Part shown: positions 17,183 through 26,900 of the stretch, piece after piece
Position numbering within the stretch: the stretch's first letter is position 1
Layout: every line of letters starts with the position of its first letter
Assembly: GCA_024685175.1 (NCBI GenBank)
Contig: JAIKWD010000021.1
Location: forward strand, 7,192-71,191
Direction: 5' to 3'
DNA: 64,000 nucleotides
DNA from: Bacteroidales bacterium
GTDB taxonomy: Bacteria > Bacteroidota > Bacteroidia > Bacteroidales > WCHB1-69
Translations under genes and position numbers: made by a program
Notes under the pieces: model-generated
The model's database searches: none
What the model saw: the letters and a program-made list of their open reading frames with translations, nothing else
Told to the model about the DNA's origin: nothing

Positions 17183-18826
17183 ATGAACCCCGCATTCCAT
17201 ACCATTGATATTCTCATCTTCGTCGCCTATCTGCTGCTGATTATCGGATTGGGCATCTGGATCGGACATCGGACGAACAAGAAAAACCGTTCCGCCGAAG
17301 ACTACTTCCTCGCCAGTAAGTCGCTGCCTTGGTGGACCATTGGTGCCTCGTTGATAGCGGCCAACATCTCGGCCGAACAGTTCATCGGGATGTCGGGTTC
17401 GGGCTTCGCGGGTGGTTTCGCCGTAGCTTCCTACGAGTTTATGGCTGCCCTCACGCTTATCATCGTGGCCAAGTTCTTCTTGCCTGTCTTCATCAAGCAG
17501 GGCATCTATACCATTCCGGAGTTCGTGGAACGTCGTTACTCCTCGCAACTGAAGACCATCCTCGCCGTCTTCTGGCTGGGCCTCTTCATATTCGTCAACC
17601 TCACCTCCGTGCTCTTCCTTGGCGGTAAGGCTATCGACACCATCGTGGGTACGGGCGACGGCTCGTTGATCGTGCCGGCCATCATCGGCCTGGCTGTGGT
17701 GGCGGCAGTCTATTCCTTCAGGGGCGGCCTGTCGTCGGTGGCTTGGACGGACGTGCTGCAGGTCGGTATGCTCATCGTCGGTGGCATCATCACCACGCTT
17801 GTGGCCCTGCACTATGTGAGCCCCGACGGCAATATGGCCCACGGCGTGCGCCACGTGGCCGACGTGGCCGGCGACCGTTTTCATCTGATTCTCTCCAAGG
17901 ATAATCCCGAGTTCAAGAACCTGCCCGGCATCGTAATGCTCGTGGGCGGCCTGTGGGTTGCCAATCTCTATTACTGGGGCTTCAACCAATACATCATCCA
18001 ACGGGCCTTGGCCGCCAAGTCACTGCCAGAAGCCCAGAAGGGCCTGGCCTTCGCCGCCTTCCTCAAGTTGCTTATCCCGTTCATTGTGGTCGTTCCGGGC
18101 ATCATCGCCTATGTGATGTTCACGGAAGACACGCACGGCGCCGTGAGTGCCTTCACGCTTGGCAACGGAGCACTGAACAACGACAACGCCTATCCGTGGC
18201 TCATTAGCACCTTCATCCCCATCGGGCTGAAGGGCCTTGTGCTCGCCGCCCTCGCTGCCGCCATCATCTCCTCTTTGGCTTCGATGCTTAACTCCACCGC
18301 CACCATCTTCACGATGGACATCTTTAAGCCTTATCTTGCCCCGAAGGTGAGCATCAAAATCGGGCGCGACGCCAACTTGGTGACCGTGGGGCGCATCGCC
18401 GCCGCCGTCGCCTTGATTGTGGCGTGCATCATCGCCCCGCTGCTTGGCAATGTGGGACAGATGTTCCAATATATCCAAGAGTACACCGGCTTGGTGAGTC
18501 CCGGCATCCTGGCACTCTTCCTCCTGGGCCTGTTTTGGAAGAAAACGACCAACAAAGGAGCCATTACAGGCGTGGTGCTCTCTATTCCTATCGCTCTGGC
18601 ACTCAAGTTCTTGCCTATCGATATGCCGTTCCTGGACCAGATGTTCTACACCTGCATCCTCACTATGGCCATCATCGTGATGGTGAGTCTGGCCACTAAC
18701 CCTACGGACGACGACCCCAAGGCCATACCGACGACCAGCACGCTATTCAAGACCGACCGGAACTTCAATATCGCCGCATACTCCATCTGTGTGCTGTTGG
18801 TAGTGATCTATGCGGTATTCTGGTAG
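17183..18826 (+). CDS. sodium:solute symporter family (SSF) sugar transporter
   Basis: MNPAFHTIDILIFVAYLLLIIGLGIW...DYFLASKSLPWWTIGASLIAANISAEQFIGMSG is the typical SSF/SGLT N-terminus. The ATG lies 2 nt after the pyrG stop. Confidence 0.85.
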   Translation: MNPAFHTIDILIFVAYLLLIIGLGIWIGHRTNKKNRSAEDYFLASKSLPWWTIGASLIAANISAEQFIGMSGSGFAGGFAVASYEFMAALTLIIVAKFFLPVFIKQGIYTIPEFVERRYSSQLKTILAVFWLGLFIFVNLTSVLFLGGKAIDTIVGTGDGSLIVPAIIGLAVVAAVYSFRGGLSSVAWTDVLQVGMLIVGGIITTLVALHYVSPDGNMAHGVRHVADVAGDRFHLILSKDNPEFKNLPGIVMLVGGLWVANLYYWGFNQYIIQRALAAKSLPEAQKGLAFAAFLKLLIPFIVVVPGIIAYVMFTEDTHGAVSAFTLGNGALNNDNAYPWLISTFIPIGLKGLVLAALAAAIISSLASMLNSTATIFTMDIFKPYLAPKVSIKIGRDANLVTVGRIAAAVALIVACIIAPLLGNVGQMFQYIQEYTGLVSPGILALFLLGLFWKKTTNKGAITGVVLSIPIALALKFLPIDMPFLDQMFYTCILTMAIIVMVSLATNPTDDDPKAIPTTSTLFKTDRNFNIAAYSICVLLVVIYAVFW

Positions 18827-18989
18827 TGGAATTGTTCGTTTTTCTGTCCCATTATTTATATTGTTTTTATTATTTTTGTGGTTTGTTAAAATAAACTCCT
18901 GATAGTTCCCTTAAAGGTGCTGAAAGAGGTTTTGTTTTTTTTTTAACGAACTGTAAATTAATATATTATGGTTCTGTTTTTAATGATTA

Positions 18990-20963
18990 ATGAAAAACAA
19001 GGATAGAAAAAAGTCGCCTTTCCGGTTGAAAAACATCCAGTACAGTGCGGTCATCGTTTTCGTCATCCTCTTGATGTTGGCGGTGAACGATGGCGTGCGG
19101 CTCTACTTTGTCCGCCAGAACGCCAAGGAGACCGACCGTGAGTTGAATGCCCTGGATGAACGTGTCTCTGAGCGGCGTTTACAGCGGGAGAAACAATTGG
19201 TGGAGATTGCCGTGCAGAATTTCTCCAAGTTGGCCGAACAGTACATCAAGGACGGCTTGCCCGACAGTCTGTATTCCGTGGCCCGGATGACGTTGGAGAG
19301 CAATCTGCACATCTCCAATAGCGGCATTGCCTTCCGCCACGGCTATTTTCCCAACAAGGTCAGCGATTTTTTCTTGTTCGCCTATAGAGATACCGACACG
19401 ATTCTGACCGGTGATTACCGCACGTTGTCGTTGGACTTCTATAACCGAGATTGGTACAAAGATGCGGTGACGAAGAAGGAATCCATTTGGACGGAGCCGT
19501 ACCAGGACTACAAGTCCGGCAATTCGGTGATGACCTATGCGATGCCGTTGTGGGATCCCGATGGGGAGGTGATGGCGGTGTTTTATGCCGATATGCCTAT
19601 GACTTGGGTCAAGGAGGTGTCCGAAGTGCGGAGTACCCTTCGCCTGCAGAACGAGAAACTGCAGCATCGGCTGGTTGTTATTTCGTCGTTGCTCATCTTG
19701 GTGGATTTGCTATTGTTGGGACTCATCTTTTGGAGTGCCGTCAGGTTGTTCCAGAGTCTGCGCAAGTCCGAGGAGTCGGAGGCGCGCATTATGAGCGAGT
19801 TACGGGTGGCGGGAGATATCCAGCGCGGCTTGCTGCAGGATGCGTTTCCCGTGCGGGACGATATCGCGTGTTTTGCCACGCTGACCCCTGCGCGGCAGGT
19901 GGGCGGCGACCTGTACGATTATCATTTGCGCGACGAGAAGTTCTTCTTCTGTATTGGCGATGTTAGTGGCAAGGGCGTGCCCGCCTCGTTGATGATGGCC
20001 GTAGTCAGCAGTGCTTTCCGCACGCTGACCGACCGCCAGAGCAAGCCAGAACAGATTGTCTCCTCAATGAACAAAATCGTTATAGCCAGCAATTCAAAGG
20101 ATATGTTCGTAACCCTTTTCCTCGGCGTGCTTGATTTGCCCACGGGCCGGCTTCGTTTTTGCAACGCAGGGCAAGGCTCACCGCTCCTGTTTGTGAAGGG
20201 TGATGATGAAAAATCCGAACGTTTTGAATCAATCGAAGTGATCTCCAACCTTCCGATTGGCGTGTTGGACAACTTTGTGTTCAAGGAGCAAGAGATCCAA
20301 CTACCCGATGAGGCTTCCATCCTGTTGTATACCGACGGCCTCACGGAGGCACGAAATGCCAAAGGTGACCAATATACTGAACAACGAGTACTGGAAGTGG
20401 CGCAAAAGATCGCTCAATCCGACAATTTGACCCCGCAGAACATCATTTCAACAATGAAGAGCGAGGTGTGCCACTTTACGGGCGCCACCGAGATAAGTGA
20501 CGACCTGACAATGCTTGCGCTGCAGTATCGCAAGCCGCAGTACTCTTTCGATCGTATGCGTTCTGTTACGTTGCCTTGTGACATCAAGCACATCCCCGAA
20601 CTAAATGCCTTTGTGCAAGACGTGGCCAAGGATGCGGGGATGGAAGGGACCAGGATTAAGGATCTGCAATTGGCCGCCGAGGAACTCGTGGTCAATGCAA
20701 TGTCCTACGCCTACCCGATAGGTCGAACGGGAGACGTGTTGGTGGAGGCTTTCTGGGATGACAAAATGGTGCGCTTGCGCATCACCGACAAGGGCAAACC
20801 CTTCGATCCGACCGCCCTGCCAGAAGCCGACATCAATCTTCCCGCGGAAGAGCGTAACGTCGGCGGCTTGGGCGTCCATCTGGTCCGCATGCTTACGGAT
20901 AGCATCAACTACGAACGCATAGATGAAATGAATGTATTGACAATCAGTAAATTAATAAAATAA
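18990..20963 (+). CDS. membrane sensor fusion: periplasmic Cache-like domain, PP2C/SpoIIE phosphatase, RsbW/SpoIIAB-like HATPase kinase
   Basis: Two TM segments flank a ~190-aa extracytoplasmic region. SpoIIE motifs are QVGGDLYDY, IGDVSGKGVPASLMMA and LLYTDGLTEA. The C-terminal EELVVNAMSYAY (N box), DKGKPFDP and GGLGVHLV match anti-sigma-factor kinases. Confidence 0.8.
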   Translation: MKNKDRKKSPFRLKNIQYSAVIVFVILLMLAVNDGVRLYFVRQNAKETDRELNALDERVSERRLQREKQLVEIAVQNFSKLAEQYIKDGLPDSLYSVARMTLESNLHISNSGIAFRHGYFPNKVSDFFLFAYRDTDTILTGDYRTLSLDFYNRDWYKDAVTKKESIWTEPYQDYKSGNSVMTYAMPLWDPDGEVMAVFYADMPMTWVKEVSEVRSTLRLQNEKLQHRLVVISSLLILVDLLLLGLIFWSAVRLFQSLRKSEESEARIMSELRVAGDIQRGLLQDAFPVRDDIACFATLTPARQVGGDLYDYHLRDEKFFFCIGDVSGKGVPASLMMAVVSSAFRTLTDRQSKPEQIVSSMNKIVIASNSKDMFVTLFLGVLDLPTGRLRFCNAGQGSPLLFVKGDDEKSERFESIEVISNLPIGVLDNFVFKEQEIQLPDEASILLYTDGLTEARNAKGDQYTEQRVLEVAQKIAQSDNLTPQNIISTMKSEVCHFTGATEISDDLTMLALQYRKPQYSFDRMRSVTLPCDIKHIPELNAFVQDVAKDAGMEGTRIKDLQLAAEELVVNAMSYAYPIGRTGDVLVEAFWDDKMVRLRITDKGKPFDPTALPEADINLPAEERNVGGLGVHLVRMLTDSINYERIDEMNVLTISKLIK

Positions 20964-20969
20964 TCAAGT

Positions 20970-21269
20970 ATGACAACAACGATCACACAAGAAAACGATG
21001 CCTTGTTGGCGAAACTGGAGGGCGAATTGGACACCGCCGCCGTTACACAGGTGGAAATAGACTTCCAACCGCTGATGGAAGCCGGCAAAGACATCGTCCT
21101 GGATTGCGAGAAACTCTCCTATATCAGCAGTAGCGGCCTTCGTCTCTTCCTGAGCGTCCTGAAGAACCAGAAAGCCAAGGGCAAGAGCGTCAAGATTGTG
21201 AACCTGAGTGAAGACCTACTCCGCATTTTCAGTATGACAGGGTTTAACAAACTATTTGGACTAGAATGA
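20970..21269 (+). CDS. STAS domain anti-sigma-factor antagonist (SpoIIAA/RsbV-like)
   Basis: 99 aa. LDCEKLSYISSSGLRLFL contains the conserved phosphorylatable Ser context. The gene starts 6 nt after the upstream stop. Confidence 0.85.
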   Translation: MTTTITQENDALLAKLEGELDTAAVTQVEIDFQPLMEAGKDIVLDCEKLSYISSSGLRLFLSVLKNQKAKGKSVKIVNLSEDLLRIFSMTGFNKLFGLE

Positions 21270-22612
21270 AACCATATCTTAGACTTACGGTCCTGACAAT
21301 GGGCCTGCTCGTGTCCGTTGCTCTCTCCGCGCAAGCGCAGAATCCGGACACGATAGCATCGGACGATGTCCATTCTTTCACTATTAAGGCGGACCTGATG
21401 ACTCGTGGAGAGTTTCGCTATGGCGGTATGCAAGAGGAGGAACCGGATGTGGTAGTGAAGGAGTATGCCGCCTTTTGTATGGAGCGTGCCCGTCTTAATT
21501 TGAACTATCGGTACAAGTTCCTCACGTTGCGGCTCGCGCCCCAGCACGCAGGCGTGTGGGGACAGCAGGGTGGGGGATCCTTCCGCTTGTACGAAGGATG
21601 GGCCCGCCTGCAATCGCATCAGGGACTCTTCCTACAGGTAGGACGCCAGGCACTCAATTACGATGACCAACGTATCCTCGGCTCCGATGACTGGACGATG
21701 ACGGCGTCATCCCACGACATTCTCAAAGTCGGATATGAAGGGCACGGCCATCAGCTGCACCTGATTGCAGGCTTTAACCAAAACGGAGAGAGATTGAACG
21801 GCGGCACCTTCTACGAGAACGGTTCGCAGCCCTATAAGACGATGCAAACCCTGTGGTATCATTATGACATCCCCAAGACCGACTTCGGCTTTTCTTTGCT
21901 CTTCTTGAACGTAGGAATGCAAGCAGGAGATGCCAATTCATATCATACGAAATATCAACAATTCGCCGGCGCATTTCTTAAATATCATCCGATGAAACTG
22001 GCTTTTGAGGGTTCGTTCTATTACCAATTCGGCAAAGAAGAGCACGGCATCCCCATCTCGGCCTATATGGCCAGTGCCAAGGCCTCGTACGAGGATGAAA
22101 ATTGGGGTTTGACGGCAGGCTACGACTATCTGAGCGGTGATCCGAACTTCAACGTGCCGGCCGAAGGTATGCTCGGCCTGATTCGGCACGAAACCATCCG
22201 CGGCTTCAGCCAGTTGTTCGGTTCCCATCACAAGTTCTACGGCGCTATGGACTTCTTCTATATGCAGTCGTATGTGTACGGTTTTACACCTGGTTTGCAA
22301 AACGCTTTTGTAGCAGGACGTTACAATCCAATACCGCAAGTGGAACTTGAGGCGGCCTACCACTATATGGCCATCGCTACACAGATTGCTAACCATTCGC
22401 CCTCCTTGGGCCACGAGTTGGAACTGACGGCATCCTGGAACATCACCCCGTACATCCAATTGGTCGGCGGCTATACGTTTATGTACGGTACCGAGACGAT
22501 GGAGTTCCTTAAGCGCTCGAACCCGTCGCGACAACTGCATTGGGGATGGATGCAACTGCGCGTCAACCCGGAATTGCTCAATCTTCAACACATTAACAAG
22601 AAAAGACATTAA
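21266..22612 (+). CDS. alginate-export (AlgE-like) family outer-membrane beta-barrel
   Basis: Signal peptide ..SAQAQ. VGRQALNYDDQRILGSDDWTMTASSHD matches the GRQ-x-L...DW motif of the Alginate_exp family, with alternating aromatic strands to the C-terminus. The start overlaps the STAS stop (ATGA). Confidence 0.6.
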   Translation: MKPYLRLTVLTMGLLVSVALSAQAQNPDTIASDDVHSFTIKADLMTRGEFRYGGMQEEEPDVVVKEYAAFCMERARLNLNYRYKFLTLRLAPQHAGVWGQQGGGSFRLYEGWARLQSHQGLFLQVGRQALNYDDQRILGSDDWTMTASSHDILKVGYEGHGHQLHLIAGFNQNGERLNGGTFYENGSQPYKTMQTLWYHYDIPKTDFGFSLLFLNVGMQAGDANSYHTKYQQFAGAFLKYHPMKLAFEGSFYYQFGKEEHGIPISAYMASAKASYEDENWGLTAGYDYLSGDPNFNVPAEGMLGLIRHETIRGFSQLFGSHHKFYGAMDFFYMQSYVYGFTPGLQNAFVAGRYNPIPQVELEAAYHYMAIATQIANHSPSLGHELELTASWNITPYIQLVGGYTFMYGTETMEFLKRSNPSRQLHWGWMQLRVNPELLNLQHINKKRH

Positions 22613-22624
22613 TAGCATTTTGAT

Positions 22625-23900
22625 ATGAAACAAACCTTCCCTCTTTCATCGTCCCAACTTGGCATTTTTGCCGTTTGTAATGACCATAAAGGCGAGATTT
22701 GTTACAACCTGCCGTTCTGCTTCGGCTTTGACGGCTCTTTGGATGGCGAACGCCTACGTCAGGCCGTGATGGCCTATGTGTACGCGCATCCGATACTGTT
22801 CGCCCGGATAGGGATGAACGACGAAGGAGAACCGCTGATGACTCTCGACCTGGATAATGAGCAATGGGACCTTGAAATGGAAGAGGTGGCGGACATCGAG
22901 GCTGAGAAAGCCGCCTTCCCGAAGCCGTTCGATATCGTAGGCGACCGCCTGTTCCGTATGCGTTTGTTGCACTGCGGCGACCATTTCTATTTGCTGACCG
23001 ACATTCACCATCTGATTAACGATGGCTCTTCGCACCATAATATGTTGCACGACTTCGAGGTCGCTTATGATGGCGAGACGCTTGCCCCGGAGGAGTTGAC
23101 CCTGATGGATGTGGCTCGTGCCGAGGTCGAGCTGAAGAAATCGCCGGCATTTGAGGAGGGAAAGAAGTGGTACGCCCAACATTTTGATTGCGGCGATATC
23201 TCGACGGAACTTCTCCCGGACATTGAGGGTCCGGTGCATTACGATGCCATCAAAAACAGGGTCCTGCAGACCAAATTGGAGGATGTTGATGCCTTTTGCC
23301 GTGCAAAAGGCATCTTCAAGAGCACTTTCTTCACAGCGGCGTATGCCTTCCTGTTGGCCAAGTATGTCGGAGACAAGGAAACACTGTTCAATACCGTCTA
23401 CAATGGTCGTACCGACAAACGGCTTGCCCATTCACAGGGTATGTTTGTCAAGACGCTGCCGATATATCTCAAATTTGACAACGACACTACGGCGTTGAAG
23501 CTGATGCAGGATTGCCAGCAACTCATCGCCGACAGTCGGGAACACGACGTGTACTCCTATCGTGACATTGCCCACGATTTGCAGTTGCAGATTGCCACCG
23601 ACTTCGTCTGGCACGGGATGATACTCAGCGACATCAAGTTCGCCGGGAAACCGATGACTGCCGATTTTATCGGCGTGGAGACGCACATCTCGCCCTTCTA
23701 TATGCGGGCGTACCTCCAGGACGGACACGTCTGTCTGGATGTAGAATATAGTGCCGACAAGTATTCCCTGGCCTTTGTCGACCAAATTATGGAGAGTTAC
23801 GAAGCCGTGGTGGACGGATTCCTCGTCTGTGATTACTTGCGGGATATTGATATCACCACGAAATCCCAATTGGCTCTGCTCGATGGCTTTAACGCCACAG
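22625..23900 (+). other. NRPS domain C1 (N-terminal starter-type condensation domain)
   Basis: HHLINDG at 23006-23026. The domain precedes the first A domain with no upstream carrier domain. Confidence 0.7.
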
Positions 23901-26900
23901 ATGTGCCTTACGACGACACACAGACCATCGTTTCGCTCTTCCGCGCCCAGGCGCAAAAGACGCCCGACAACCTGGCCGTCGTCTTCAAGGACAAACAGTA
24001 TACCTACAAGGAAATGGATGAGATCTCCGACCGGATTGCGGCCTTCGTCTCATCCAAGGGATTGGGAAGAGAGGATGTGGTGTCGGTGTTGATACCGCGT
24101 TGCGAATGGATGGCCGTCGCCTCGATGGGCATCTTGAAGGCCGGCTGTGCCTATCAGCCCCTAGATCCTACGTATCCTTCCGAACGGTTGAACTTTATGA
24201 TGAAGGATGCCAATGCCAAACTGTTGGTCGCTGATGAGGAACTGCGTCCTATTGTCAATGAGTACGAAGGGGAGGTGCTGTTTACCAAGGACATTGTCGG
24301 CTTGCCCGACTCTCCCGCCCCGAAGGTGGAGGTCAAACCGGAAGACTTGTTCATTATGCTGTATACCAGCGGCTCCACAGGCGTGCCCAAGGGTTGCCAG
24401 TTGATACATAGCAACTTGGTATGCTTCTGTCATTGGTACCAGCGTTACTACGGCTTGCTTCCCGAGCACAATGTGGCGGCCTACGCCTCATACGGCTTCG
24501 ATGCTTGTATGATGGATATGTACCCGGCTCTGACCGGAGGTGCGACAATACACATCGTGCCCGAAGAGATCCGCCTCGACTTGATTGCTCTCAATGACTA
24601 TTTCGAGCAGAACCATATCACCCATTCCTTTATGACCACGCAGGTGGGCTTCCAGTTTGCCACGACCATTGAGAATCACTCTTTGCAGCATCTCTCCGTC
24701 GGCGGCGAGAAATTGGCCTCTTTGGCACCGCTGGCCAAAGGACTACTGCACAACGGCTACGGCCCGACCGAGTGCACGATCTTCACCACCACCTATCCCG
24801 TGCGGGAAACGCTCAAGAACATCCCTATCGGCAAGCCGGTGGACAATATGCACTTGTATGTCGTCGATTCGCAAGGCCATCGTCTCCCCGTGGGTGCCTC
24901 GGGCGAGCTGTGCATTGCCGGCCCGCAAGTGAGCCGCGGCTATCTGAACCGTCCGGAGAAGATGGCTGAGGTGTTCGTGCCCAATCCGTACGAGACCAGT
25001 CCAAAATACGCCCGTATGTATCGATCGGGCGACATCGTGCGCTATCTGCCCGACGGCAACATCCAATTCGTGGGCCGTCGCGACGCGCAGGTCAAGATTC
25101 GCGGTTTCCGCATTGAGCTGACCGAAGTGGAAGGCATTATTCGTCAATATCCCGGCATAAAGGATGTTACGGTGCAGGCCTTCGACGAGGAAGGCGGCGG
25201 CAAGTTCATCGCCGCATACATCGTCAGCGACCAACAAATCGACATAGAGGCCCTCAACCAGTTCATTATGGAGGAGAAACCGCCCTATATGGTGCCTGCC
25301 GTCACGATGCAGGTCGAAGCCATACCGCTGACCCAGAACCAGAAAGTCAATAAACGCGCCCTGCCTAAGCCTGAGAAAAAAGCCGCCGTGGAGGAAGTGT
25401 CCAATGCGCCCTTGAACGTACTCGAGCAACAAATCAAGGAGATGGTCGCCGGCGTCGTGGGCCACAAGGACTTCGGCATCACCACCGTGCTAGGCTATGC
25501 AGGGCTGACCTCGATATCCGCCATCAAGTTGGCTGTACATATCAACAAGACATTCAATGTGGCATTGGATGCCAAGTCATTGGTGAAGAAAGGCACCGTT
25601 CAGAGTATTGAGAATGAAATTTTGTCAAAACTTCTGAATCCAGATGCGAATGTAATAGCGAGTAATGTGGCTACGGAAACGGCGACAGCCACCACGTGTG
25701 AACTGAGTTATGCCCAAACCGGCGTCTATTTCGATTGCTTGAAAAATCCGCTGTCCACAATCTATAACATGCCGATGAAAATCGGCTTCCCCATTGATGT
25801 CGATACGGAGAAGCTGGCTGCTGCCGTGCGGCAATTGGTGATTATCCACCCCCAGTTGACGGTCAGCATCGGCAACGAGGGCGGCAACGCCGTACAGACC
25901 ACCCATCCCGACATCGAGATTGACATTCCCGTTGTGCAGATGAGCGAAGAGGAGTTGAAAATCACCAAGCAGGACTTTGTGAAGCCTTTCAACCTGAAGC
26001 AAGCCCCGCTGTGCCGTTTCCAAATCGTGAAGACGGAGAAGGGCGTCTATCTGCTTTCCGATATGCATCATCTGGTCTCCGATGGCGGCTCATACGACTT
26101 GTTCATCAATCAGTTATGCGATTTGATGGAGGGCAAGGAGGTGGATGTCGAGCAGATGAACTATGCTTCGTATGTGGAGGCCGAGAAGGAAGCGGAAAAG
26201 ACTGAGACATACGCCGAAGCCAAGCGTTTTTTCCACGATCAACTCTCGATGGTGGACGGCGTTACGGAACTGACCTCCGACCTGACCAATCCGCATGCCA
26301 ACGGAACCACGAGTTGTGTAGCCGCCCCGTTCGACTGGCAGGCCGTCAACGAGTTCTGCCGCAAGCAGGGCATCACGCCAGCGCACCTTACGTTGGCGGC
26401 GGTCTATTACGTGCTTTCGCGCTTCGCCAATGCGGAGGATGTCTGCATCACCACCATCAGTAGTGGCCGTAGCAATTTGGGCATCCAAAGCACCGTGGGT
26501 ATGTTTATCAACACATTGGCGCTCAGTGCGAAGGTCGGTCAACAACCCGTGCTTGATTTTATCCGCGAAACGCGCGACAAGTTCGATGCGACTCTCTTGC
26601 ACGAGAACTATCCGTTTGCACAGATTGCCGCCGACTATGATCTCTCCGCCGAGATAATGTTTGCCTACCAGATGGGCGTGCTGAACCATTATTACCTTCA
26701 AGGCAAGGAAGTGGATGTCGAAAGCCTGGAGTTGGATGTGCCCAAGTTCCCCATCGCCTTCTATGTACGAGAAGAAGACGGGAAACCCAGCGTGGCAGTG
26801 GAGTATGACAATGGTCGATACAGCGAAGGGATGATGCGAGAGATAGCCAAGTCGGTAGCCAACGTGACCAAGGCGTTCATTGCAAAACCAGACGCTATGT

